Assembly (NCBI GenBank): GCA_905178155.1
Contig: CAJINV010000001.1
Span: 2,842,089-2,906,088, forward strand
Direction: 5' to 3'
DNA from: Amoebophrya sp. A120
Taxonomy: Eukaryota > Protista > Dinoflagellata
DNA length: 64,000 nt
Shown: positions 1 to 10,282 of the stretch, piece after piece
Position numbering within the stretch: the stretch's first letter is position 1
Layout: each line of letters starts with the position of its first letter
The notes under the pieces: generated by a model
The model's input: the letters and a program-made list of their open reading frames with translations, nothing else
The model's database searches: none
What the model was told of the DNA's origin: nothing
Position numbers and translations under genes: made by a program

Positions 1-1455
1 TGTTTTACTTCGGGAAGCCGGTGACTTTGCCGGCTGTTGCGGTCGCGGCTGCTTCGTTTTCCGTGACCCCTCGCAGCTCTTGCTCTGCTTACTAGCAGTA
101 CGTGTACGACTGGTAGACGAGGCTCTTTTATCATCTGCAGCTCGATGTCGATCCCATTCCCATTTTGCCACCGCATCTGCAGTCGCAGGCACGAGCGGCG
201 CGGCCTGTGCTTCATCAGCACAAGGCGGTGCTCCGATCTTCCAGATACAACCAGACACAAGCGTTCCCGCTTGTTTGGCGTCCGTGCCAATAGGTGTATG
301 TCCTGCGGGTGGCGCGGGCTGGCTAGATGACATCGATTGCGCCCTCTGTCGTTCCTCGCTCGCAGGTGTTTCTTCCCCGACCCGCAACCTCTTCAGCATG
401 GCCGTTATACCAGAAATGGCTCCGGATAGTATCGTTGGGGTCTGATGCGATGCAGCTGCGGGCTGCGCCATTTCTTTTGGATCCCTTCCGTCTACCAGTT
501 TCCCTGCGTCAGCAGCGTGATGTCTGCTAGCCTCTTCCTCATAACATGCCCTCCGGTTTTGGTCCTCAGCTTCTTTTTCCCAAGGTGCAACTCCGCTCTT
601 GATCGCGTCTGTGGTCCTCTCGTGAAGATGAACGTCGCACTCGCACGCAGAGTCAGAAACATTAACTGCCGCACCTCGTCCATTTGCGTGCTCTTCGCTT
701 CCAGGCTCTTTGTCCTGGCCCCCGGCGCTTGATGTACTGTAATCGAACACACTCCGAGGGAGCAGCTCCTGCACAACTCCCCGGTGCTGTTGTCCATGCC
801 TTTCATGTCCAGCGGCAGCGGCCTGGAGGAGACGACTGCTCGACGGTGATAGGGAACATGAAGACCCGCCGCCGCCGTCGCTGTCCGTTGAAGAGCCGTC
901 CGAAAGACTATCCTCGTCCTCTTCGGACCTCGTGGTGAACACGCCCTCGCGAAACTCGTCATAACCGTCCTCATCTGAGGAAGTGGAGGACTCCGAATCT
1001 TCGGCAATGTCATCGTCGTAGATCGTTGTCTCGCTGGGCAGCGGCATGGGAATCACGTGCACCGTCGCGGGCTCGTCGGGAAAGGAGACCGATTTCCTCG
1101 TTCTGATGGTGGAAGAAGAAGATTCGCTGATGGTTCGTCTCAGCGACGGAGGGGACCGCGACACGGATTTCTTCACAAGAAGGGCAGATGCAGATCCACC
1201 ACCCGGAGTGGAGATGCTTGCGAGAAGCAGCATAGCCAGTTTCGCTGCATGATTTTTGGGCTTATTCTTCCCTGCTATCGAGGCAACAGGTCGTAGTTCT
1301 GGTAGCTGCCGTGGTAGACGAGCGATGGCCTCTTGATGATATCCCAGAGCAGGCGGGCGTCTCGATCTTGTGATCGGCAGCTGCTTCATTTCGTTTGGCG
1401 GCAGCATTTCGCAAGCTTTGTGCGACAATGCCGGCGAGAAAGTCATAAGGACCAT
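1..1455 (-). CDS. Hypothetical low-complexity protein, 3'-partial (runs off the window start); has an RVxF-like PP1-docking motif
   Basis: Manually translated open frame from ATG at 1455 (MVLMTFSP...) to position 1 with no stop, so it is absent from the ORF track. Contains RKSVSFPDEPATVHVI followed by an acidic/Ser tract. Confidence 0.6.
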   Translation of the reverse strand, partial: MVLMTFSPALSHKACEMLPPNEMKQLPITRSRRPPALGYHQEAIARLPRQLPELRPVASIAGKNKPKNHAAKLAMLLLASISTPGGGSASALLVKKSVSRSPPSLRRTISESSSSTIRTRKSVSFPDEPATVHVIPMPLPSETTIYDDDIAEDSESSTSSDEDGYDEFREGVFTTRSEEDEDSLSDGSSTDSDGGGGSSCSLSPSSSRLLQAAAAGHERHGQQHRGVVQELLPRSVFDYSTSSAGGQDKEPGSEEHANGRGAAVNVSDSACECDVHLHERTTDAIKSGVAPWEKEAEDQNRRACYEEEASRHHAADAGKLVDGRDPKEMAQPAAASHQTPTILSGAISGITAMLKRLRVGEETPASEERQRAQSMSSSQPAPPAGHTPIGTDAKQAGTLVSGCIWKIGAPPCADEAQAAPLVPATADAVAKWEWDRHRAADDKRASSTSRTRTASKQSKSCEGSRKTKQPRPQQPAKSPASRSKT

Positions 1456-3468
1456 AGTAGAGTTGCGTGTGTAAACTGCAACCTTGTCGGTCAGATGAAA
1501 TCAATCCACTGATAAGCAGATCATACCTTTTGAAGGTTTATTGCAAAAAAAGCTCTAGGAAGAAAAAACTAAAACTCTACACACGGCGACCATACCACGA
1601 ATGTGAGATCTGGATTTCCTGTAAGTTCTTCACAATCACGAAAAATGAGCGAATGAGCTTGAGCAATGGTTCTCATCGGGAAGCAGGAGATCTTCAGTTA
1701 GCTCGGCCAGGTCGGGTGGACATCGACATCTTGATATTAATAGGTGGAATGTAAACCGCGGGCTGTCACCAGCTTGAACCTGAAATGCACGAGTTGATCA
1801 TCTTCTATCTCCACGAGGAACTTGAAGTTGTCACCAGAACAACGGCACATCACGCAATGGATCTTTTTACGCACGCCGCTATCGTGAAGGGCTCGCCACG
1901 CTTAGCAAGTCTGTCAGGAGGAGCGCTGCCACAAGTAGTAGATCTTCTGCTTCGAGGTGGATTTTACAGTTGTTCATACAGGTTCAGGTTGGACAAGTTC
2001 TTGTTAAGTTCTTCTGCGTTCTGTGTTTCAGTTTCCTTACTGGAAGATTATACAAAGTAGTTGTCGCTCGCTGCAACGACGCCTGGTCAAGCGCTCGCTT
2101 ACTGGTCACCTCGCAAAGAAACCAGCTACCGGTGGGCGCATTCATTGTCACATTATATGCACACTCACTCTCTTTCTCTCGCGGCATTTGTTTCTAGTTT
2201 TCTTGGAACGGGAAAGGTTTTTTTAGGTGCTGTTTACCTTCGAAATCACATTGAATTTGAAACAGAAATTCTTTCTTCTAAGTTTTTGGGGTCACCAATT
2301 GGGTTAGATGAAATAAGAAAAAAATGAATTGTTCAGTTCATATTATTTGACAGCGCTCTGCTGCAGACTTGAGATGTGGGTCTTGTTTTAGGTAAGTACT
2401 TGCTTACCAAACCGGGAAAAGTGCCACCTTCTTCACGTTCCCTTGTCATTTTTGAGGCTTTGCTCGTGCTCCAGTCGGCGTAGCGCGTAAATGTTCAATC
2501 TCAGCAACTCAGATGCTTGCGTCACACCATCGGCGATGTCTTTTTTCTTGTACCGTGCGAAGTCGACCTTGAGCGGAACTTCCAGCTTGCTCACAAGCTT
2601 CTGCATCAGCTCTGCAGCCGCGGCGGATTTGGTTTCTCGGACACCTAAAGTAAGAAGTTGGTAGCGTTATGTGATGAGTGATCTACTTGTGCAAGGGGTT
2701 TTTTGATTTTGAGAGCATGCGCTCCGGCAAGAGGAAGAAGAACTTCGTACAAAGCTCAAAGCGTGATGAAATTTCGAGTACTATCGCAAAAACCTAAATC
2801 AGTTTTTGTTTTACCGATCAGATCACCCGTTTTGTTCTCCGGCTTTTTGTAGCCGGCTTTTTCGTTGAGGACTTCGTGAGCAAGCCGCATTTGAATAGCG
2901 TTCTTGGAACTGGCCCTAGCAGGTTTGGTGGTGTCGCGGTACCGCGCGCCAGGAACCGGGGTGCCAGGGACGATGGGAAGCTGGAATTGTCGGTTCATAT
3001 TAATTTGGGGTAAGTACTAGTTGATATGATAAAAAGAATGACGTGTGCGCTTCTTAAGGTGAGCGGGAAAAATCCTCTCGCATAGTATTGAGCAATCCTG
3101 AAGGTAAGAGTATCTGCAGACAAGAAGAATCTTATCTGCACACCGGGTGACGTTTCACCGCCCGTTTTAGCAGTGACCGGCCACCTAGTGGGAGTTTGCC
3201 TTTGGCGCCTCCTCTTGCCGCAAGCATTCAAGGACTAGTGCCACTACCTCCTCATCCGTGGCCCACGTCCTAACCTTCGACCAACCACCTGGCCACCCCT
3301 TCTCCTCCGGTGGTCGCCTGGTGTCGAACAGGACTAGCTAATAACCGGCCTAAGCCTGACCGCTGTACCCAAGGGCACTGCAGGTATACGAGATCCTCCT
3401 ATTGATAAAAAGAAAAAGTTGATACGACATAACCATTTTGCATCAAAAGGAAAGCAGGACGAGTAAGC

Positions 3469-3768
3469 TCAGGCTAAGTTAAAAAGCGTCCGAGCAGTTC
3501 TAGTCGTGGTCGTGCTAAGGAGTACTGTCAATCGCACTTCCGGCGCCAAGTCCTCTGGCAGAAAGAAGTTCGCGTTGACGTCCCTCGGGTCCTGGTCCTG
3601 AATGGTCATGAGTCTCTCGAACGCTCCCTCCAGATCGTCCAGAGATTCTTCGATGGTGTCGAGGTCATTCCCATCGCGAACGCCAAGGAAGGCCTTTTCG
3701 ATCTGCCGAACGTCGTCGTTGCTGCGTTCGACGGCCGCGTCGAGTCTGGTTTTTGGTGGGTTTGGCAT
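3469..3768 (-). CDS. Probable further exon of the IQ-repeat gene, or a small separate gene
   Basis: Helical acidic ORF (DAAVERSNDDVRQIEKAFLG...) preceded by a TAG acceptor-like site. The splice link upstream is unresolved. Confidence 0.4.
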   Translation of the reverse strand: MPNPPKTRLDAAVERSNDDVRQIEKAFLGVRDGNDLDTIEESLDDLEGAFERLMTIQDQDPRDVNANFFLPEDLAPEVRLTVLLSTTTTRTARTLFNLA

Positions 3769-3809
3769 GATCTACAGGCAAGTACGACTATGGTGTCGCG
3801 CAGTTTGAT

Positions 3810-6800
3810 TTATTTCATGGTGTAGACCGTATTACGAAAGGGAAGGCGTAAAGCAAAAAAGAAACTCAAACAGTACTTTTTCTTCACGACATCTCCTAAC
3901 ACATTCGTGACATCCGCATCCGTGACGGGTTGTCCTCGATGCGCGGACTGCAACAGCAGTTTGATTTTCCGCCGCAAGGGCTCCAGTGTCACATCCTGCA
4001 TAGCCGCGTCAACTTTGGACCGGAGCTTGCGCTTGCGCTCGATAGCGGCTTTGATCAGCTCGTCCTCGGCTGTCGTCGTCTTCACGGCTCTGTCTAACCT
4101 TGCATCACCGGAAAACGCGCTCTCCCGCCGTTCCGTGATGGAGAGAGCAGACTCCTTTGAAGGACCCCGGGTAAAAACGTCCTCTGCGACCGGCAATGGC
4201 CTCGGCAAATCGTCCTCCTCGTGATAGACGCTTTTCTCTCTCGCAAACTCCTTGCTCCGCCTGGTGTGCCGGTCTTTCGCGCGTTTCTGCCGTTCCTCCT
4301 GCTCGCGTAATGCCTCGAGTTTCCGCTGCGCGTGGTAGGCCATCATGATTCTGTCCGACGCCATATCGCGGTGCTTTTGCAGGGCGATTCTGCTTTCTAT
4401 GAGTTGCTTCTCTGCCACGAGCTCGATTTGTTCCTCCACCGCGGCTTCGAACAAGTCTTTCGCGGTAAAAACTGCTTCGGCTTCTTTATGCAGCGCGATC
4501 CGCGCTTCCTCCTCATCTTGTCGCTTCTGCGCGATTATCAAATGCAAAAGTGTCTGGGTCTGGAAGATTGTGACACTTGTCATGCACGCTTTGCGTGAGC
4601 TATGATGTCTGTGATGCATACCCTAGCAATACAGATTTTTTCAGGGCTTCTTGATGCGTATTCCGCATGACAGATGCCTTCTCAGCGTAGCAAAAATTGC
4701 ATTCCCCTTGGTACTCATGCAATACAGATTTTTTTGGAATCCAAATGCAGCATCACAAGTTGCATTCTTCCAGACCCAGACATTTTTACATTTGATAGCG
4801 ATCGCCAGCGCTTCCTGCCGGCTCATCTTCCCCCGGGCGTTTTATCGTATTCAAAAATGTCCCCACACCATAGTTGTAATGCAAGTCTGCATGCTGAAAA
4901 GGTTTCTAATGCGGAGCCCCATGAGAAGCATTTTCTAGTCGTGTTGTGGAATTTGTCATGCTCCAAGCAGCATGGTATACTAGATCTGTGATGCTACTGA
5001 ACTACATCAAACAGCACTACACTACGAATCCAAATTTGTCATGCGAAACAGCCAAAACTTGTGGATTTGTCTAGCCGATTCCCCATCTTGACTATGGTGT
5101 GGGGACGTTTTTACTCAGGATACGTTTTTCTGAATCGCGATCGCCGCGGCCCGGCGATCGGCCTCCTTTTTCGCGAGCCGCGCTTGCCTTTCCACCTCGA
5201 TTTCTGCTTCTTTCCTTTCCCGCTGGATTCGCGCTTCGTTCTCCTCGATGACTATTTTTTCCGTGGATTTTCGGAACGCGTTGGCGATCGCGAGGGACAG
5301 GAGTTTCACGTTCTCTTTCGATTCGTTCAGAATCTTGTCCCGCGTCTCCTGTTCCTTCCTGCGCTTTTCCCGTGCCTCCTCCTCCGCGATCCTCTCCGCC
5401 TCCTCCCGAGCTTCGCGCTCGATGCGTTCTCGCTCGATCCTCTCCTCCTCCGCCTGCGCGGCCTCGAGTTTGGGGAGCCACTCGACTGCGCCCTGCACGA
5501 TGGAGATCAACGCGTTTCTCAGTTTCAGCTTCCGGATGCACCGGACAATGGTGATACCCGCCTCTCGTTCCGCGTTTTGTTGCTCCAACGCTTCTTCCTT
5601 CGCCTTCAACCTTCTGACCGTCAACATCCAATCCGTCGCACCGAGGAAGAACTGCCGGAGAGTCTCCCGCAGTTTCCTGCCGCGCCACCATTTCTGGACG
5701 AACAAAACCGCTTTTGTTTCCGCTGCAAACTTGATCGCAAAGGCCTCTTCTTGTCTCTGTTTTTCCAGCGCGCGCAGGACGAGTTCCCGCATGTTTAGCC
5801 GTAGCCTCGTCCGACGGTACCACTTCTGCAATTTCGTCGCTTTCTCCCGTTCCAGCTTCCTTTTCGCCCGTTCTCGTGCAATCTGCTCCGCCTTCTCCTC
5901 TTTCGCCTTTTGGTTGCCGACCCGGAATTTCATCGGAATAGCACCGGACGCTGATTTCTTCACCGCAAACCGGACCTGCCTCGCCTTCCACTGCCTCTGC
6001 AATTTTCGTGCCATGTCGTCCTGTTTCTGCCGCCACGCACGCTGGGCGTCGACGGCCTTCTGCGTCATGACGGTGTGCGCGAATTTCTTCTTGCCGAAAA
6101 CCGAACTCCGGATGGTTTTCTTCAGTTTCCTGGCCCGCCAAGATTTCTGGATACTCTTTGCCGCTTTGTTTTCCAACTTGTCCCGCGCTACCCGCTCGTC
6201 GTGCGCAATGTTCGCGGCAACCAGCCAGGACATGAAGACTGCGCCGGAGACGATTTTTCGCGTCTGGCTGTTCCTGTGTGCCTTCTGCAATTTCACCGCC
6301 GAGGTATGCTCGAGCCGGATCCTCTCTTTTCTCTCTTCCTCCATCTGCAAAATTTGCAGCTCCTTCAAATACGTGCCGCCTTTGGTGAACACTTCCTTCA
6401 ACTTCGTCCGCATCTGGATCTTTCGCCACGATTTCTGCAGTTTGTTCGCGCCCTCTTCTCGCGCTGCGTCCATCGCAGCTTTCAATTCCGCTGCCTTCTT
6501 TTCAGCTTCCGCCTTCGCTTCCTTCCGTCGTTCCGCCCGAACTCGTTTCGCCAAATTCGCACCCTTCTTGCTCAATCTCCGGAGCGCCCTGCGGATCTTG
6601 TTTGCCTTCCAGCTTTTCTGTAATTTCACTGCCGCATCCGCTTCAAACTGGTGTCGGACGAGTTCCTTCGCGTTGATCTCTTTGTTCACTAACTGCTGCA
6701 AAATCCTTATTGTCCGTCTCGCGCGGAACCAATTTTGGATTTTTTTCGCCGTTTCCTTCCAGTGCTGCTTTGCGACGAGTTTCTTGATGTCAATCTCGCC

Positions 6801-9800
6801 GTGGATCGCCATGCTCACGTATCCGCGCAGTTTCTGTGCACGGAACTTGTTCTGCAACTTCCCCGCGTACTCGTGCCGCAATTCCTCCGCGCGCTTCTCA
6901 TTCGCGATGTCGTCCAGCCGCTGTTGCTCCAGTAGTTTTGATAGGTCGACCGCCCCAGAAACGACGCTGCGGAGCAAAGTCCTGGTTCGCCGTCTCCGAA
7001 TCGCGCGTTGCACTTTCACCGCGGCAATGGTCATCTTTTTCCTCTCCTCCTCCTCGGCCTCTTGTTTCAGCTGCTTCAGCCAGTCTCCGGCGGATTCGAA
7101 TACTTGTCGCAGTCTTTCCCGGGAACGCATCTTCCTTACTGCGAGCTGTAATTTGTTGACCGCTGCAACCTTTTCTTCTTTCTCTTTGGCCATCAGGATC
7201 GCTGCCCGCGCATCCGCCTCGGCTTTTGCTTCTTTCCTTCTCTCCGCCCGCACTCTTTTAACCAGCGCGCGACCGTCGATTACCGCCGCGACCAGGGCTT
7301 TTCGTATTTTCCCAACCTTCCAGCGGTGCTCCAACAGCCGTACCGCGTCGACGCGCCGTTGGTGACGGACTAACTCTTTGATGTTGACCTCCTTCCTATC
7401 CTGAGTAAAAACGTACCCACACCAGAGTCAGGATGGGGATTTTGCAACACAAGCCTAGGAGTTTTGTGAGTCACGCATGACAAGTTGCACTCTGCAGTGT
7501 AGTGCAGGTTAGCAAGTGCAGCCGCGTCACAGATTCATCTGCTCATCCTGTTCACAGCATCACAAATTCCAAAACACGATTGGAAATGGCTCTCATGGGG
7601 ATGCGCATTACAAGTCTTCCTGTCTTTGCAAATCTGCATTACAACTCTGGTGTGGGGACGTTTTTACTCAGGATACTTTCGGATCGCGATGCGGATAATG
7701 TACCGAGTTCGGGACGCACGAAAGCTAAACTGGATTTTCCGGGCCATCTTGTCCTGCAGTTTCGCGCGTTCCCGCTGCGCCTCGGTTTCGTACTGGTGCT
7801 CGACGAGCTGCTGCAGATCGACAACGCCCCAAATCGCCTGACGAAGGAGTTTCCGCATCTTCTGACTGCGAAACTGCCTTTGCAGCATCGTCGCGTACTT
7901 CAGTTGTTTCTCTGCTAACTCCCGTTTTTCATCTTCGATCCTTTGCTTCTCCAATATCTTCGACAAATCGACCGCACCGGACACGATTTTCCGCATCATT
8001 TCGCGAAATTTGTTGTGCCGGTAGCGCCGTTGTACCTTGATGCAGGCCTGTTTCAAAATGTAGTTGTTCACCACGTCTTTTAACGGGATTTTCTTTTTCG
8101 TCCACCAGGGCCGGCACGCCGCTTTGATGTGTCGGACAAAGACCCTGCAGCGCCACGACCGCTGGACTTTCTGCACCGCTTCTAGCCTTCTTTGCTCGTA
8201 CACTTTTTCCCGCAAGTCGAACTCGCCGTACATTGCCTGCAGTAACTTCTTCCGCAGCTTCGCCGTGTTCCACATTGCCTGCACTTTCCGGACTTTTGCC
8301 TCTTCGAGTCTCGCCCGCTCTTCGGCCATTTGAATCCGGACTTTCACGAGAATCCCCTTCAGCGCCTCGCGCCACTTCGCCGCGCGGTAGGACCGGACTA
8401 GCCTTCTCGCCATTCGCTGCCGCTTCATGATGTCGAGGAAGACGTAGACTTCCCGTCGGAATCTCGCCGCGCGCACCGCTCTGATGAATTTTCTGGCCGC
8501 ATATCCTATGTAAAAACGTCCCCACCCCAGAGTTCTTGTCATGCAAATCTGCACGGTAAAAATGCTTCTCATGCGGAGCCCCATGACAGGCATTTTTTAG
8601 TTCAGTTTGGCAATTTGTCATGCTCCAATCGGCATGATGTGCTACATCTGTGATGCTGCTTAACTAGCTAAACAGGATTGCACTACGGGGCCAGATTTGT
8701 CATGCAGAACTCCCAAAACTTTGGGATTTGTGTTGCAGACTTCTCATCTTCACTATGGTGTGGGGATGTTTTTACACAGGATACCGCGCGCTTTTTCCTT
8801 AATTCCAACATCATTTTTTCGATCGCGCGTCGGAACTTGATCGCCTTGTAGGAGAACCCGATCTTGTTGCACGCCCGTCTGCACTTCGCTTCGTGCGCTT
8901 TCCTGATCCGCTCCGCCTTTTGCCTCCGCGCCTCCAAGTGCATCGCGTCAATCAGCCAGCGCCACTTCACGATCCGCGTCCAAGAATGCCACATCTTCTG
9001 GATCCGGCAGGCCGCGACCCGTCGTTGTTCTAGTCTGGCCAGCCGCTCCTCCTCGGCGATCCTGCGCTTTATCAACCGGTTGAAATCCACCGCGCCATCG
9101 ACGACCTTCTTGAAAAGCCACCGCATGTGCCGGGTTTTCCACCACTTTTGGATCAAGGTGGAGGCTTGCTTTTCCAGCGCGTCCCTCTCCTCTTTGTCTT
9201 CTTTCGCCCGCTGCTTGTGAAGTTCCTCCTCAATGTCGAGCGCGCCCCAAAGGGCTTGCATCAACTTCGCGCGCATCTTCCTGCCGCGGAAGCGTCGCTG
9301 CACCTTGATCGCCATTGCCGTCTCGTGGTGGAAAATGTCAACTTCTCTTTGCTCTTTCACCAATTTCCGTAATTTAATTTCCCCCGCTACTACTTTTCTC
9401 ATCAATCGATGCATGTTCCTCACCCGAAGTTTTCTTTGAATCACCCTGGCCGCTCGTTCCCTTCGGTCGGCGATGATCTGTTGCTGCAATGCCGTCGGCC
9501 AGTCTTTCATGCCGGAAACGTAATTCCCTAATCTCGATCGAAAGACCCAAATTCGCAATAAGCGCTTCAGCTTCGCCGTGGCGCGCTGCCTTTTCGTTCC
9601 GTACAGCTGTTGCTTCAGCCACTCTTCTTCACCCGGATTTTCGAACTCCAACGCGGACTGGTCCGGCCACGCGATTTTCCGCCCGTCCGGGAGACGCAAA
9701 CAGTCGAACTGCGGCTTCCACGTTTCCCGTGCTCGGACGCTGCTGTAGATCTCCAAGCTGGCGACGAGGTCCTCCATTTGCGCGCCGTTCACGTCTTTTA

Positions 9801-10203
9801 ACAAATCAACGTTCTCGACGTGCGCAAAAGTGTCGAGCTCTAGCATGAGGGACGCGATTTCGCGCTCATCCTCCAGGGAGGAGAGCGCGACGATGGCCTC
9901 CACCATCTCCCGGGTGAAACTGGTCGTGAAGGAGAGGATCTGGGTGATCGAGTGCTCGCTGATCTTCTTCTCGTGCTTCACGTAGTCTGCCTTCATCCTG
10001 CGTTTCCTCGCCCTGTTCCGCGCGGAGAGTGATCGATTGTCATCCTCATTCGCAGCGCCACCACCTGCGGAATCCGACTTTCCGGTTATGGCGTGCGAGT
10101 CGATGCCGTGGTGAGTGTTTTTCTTGCGGATGACACCCATGCCGAGAGTCGGGTCAGTTGCAGGCCAGCCAAACCTGAAATGAATGTTTCTGCGATCGTA
10201 CAT
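3810..10203 (-). CDS. Large IQ-motif repeat / coiled-coil protein (calmodulin/centrin-binding, probably cytoskeletal), split by 4 TIR introners
   Basis: ORFs 8683-10203, 7664-8593, 5115-7334, a 45-nt exon (4798-4842) and 3810-4619 join in frame once the introners are removed (KRAARKF, IRKEVNIK, IQKNARGKMSR, ALAIAQKR). Many IQ-like motifs: IQKWWKTRHMR, VQRRFRGRKMR, IQNWFRARR, IQKSWRARK. Confidence 0.8.
4536..4797. mobile_element. Introner, TIR family A (262 bp)
   Basis: TATCAAATGCAAAAGTGTCTGGGTCTGGAAG ... CTTCCAGACCCAGACATTTTTACATTTGATA; flanking direct repeat GCGAT; removal restores EALAIAQKRQ. Confidence 0.9.
4843..5122. mobile_element. Introner, TIR family B (280 bp)
   Basis: TATCGTATTCAAAAATGTCCCCACACCATAGT ... 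ACTATGGTGTGGGGACGTTTTTACTCAGGATA; direct repeat CGTTT; removal creates the IQ motif IQKNARGKMSR. Confidence 0.9.
7397..7675. mobile_element. Introner, family B (279 bp), internal orientation opposite to 4843
   Basis: TATCCTGAGTAAAAACGTACCCACACCAGAGT ... ACTCTGGTGTGGGGACGTTTTTACTCAGGATA; repeat CTTCC/CTTTC; join IRKEVNIKEL. Confidence 0.9.
8502..8783. mobile_element. Introner, family B (282 bp)
   Basis: TATCCTATGTAAAAACGTCCCCAC ... GTGGGGATGTTTTTACACAGGATA; repeat CCGCA/CCGCG; join KKRAARKFIR. Confidence 0.88.
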
Positions 10204-10282
10204 CTACATGCCAGAGTAGTACTACAAACATATTCGAGAACCTGATCCACATGATGGATGCAAGAGCAAGAGAAGATCAATG

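Noticed and set aside
3772-3876. GT-AG intron linking the IQ gene to the 3469-3768 exon
   Set aside because: The obvious donor and acceptor are out of phase by one base, and the true junction cannot be fixed from sequence alone.
4641-4826. Recurrent small ORF peptides such as KCKNVWVWK, QTQTFLHLI, SKNVPTP and WGRFYSGY
   Set aside because: They are translations of the introner TIRs, not a protein family.
5248-7365. 705-aa plus-strand ORF and many other plus-strand ORFs
   Set aside because: They are antisense shadows of K/E/A/R-rich minus-strand genes, with F/S/C/L-rich translations and no motifs.
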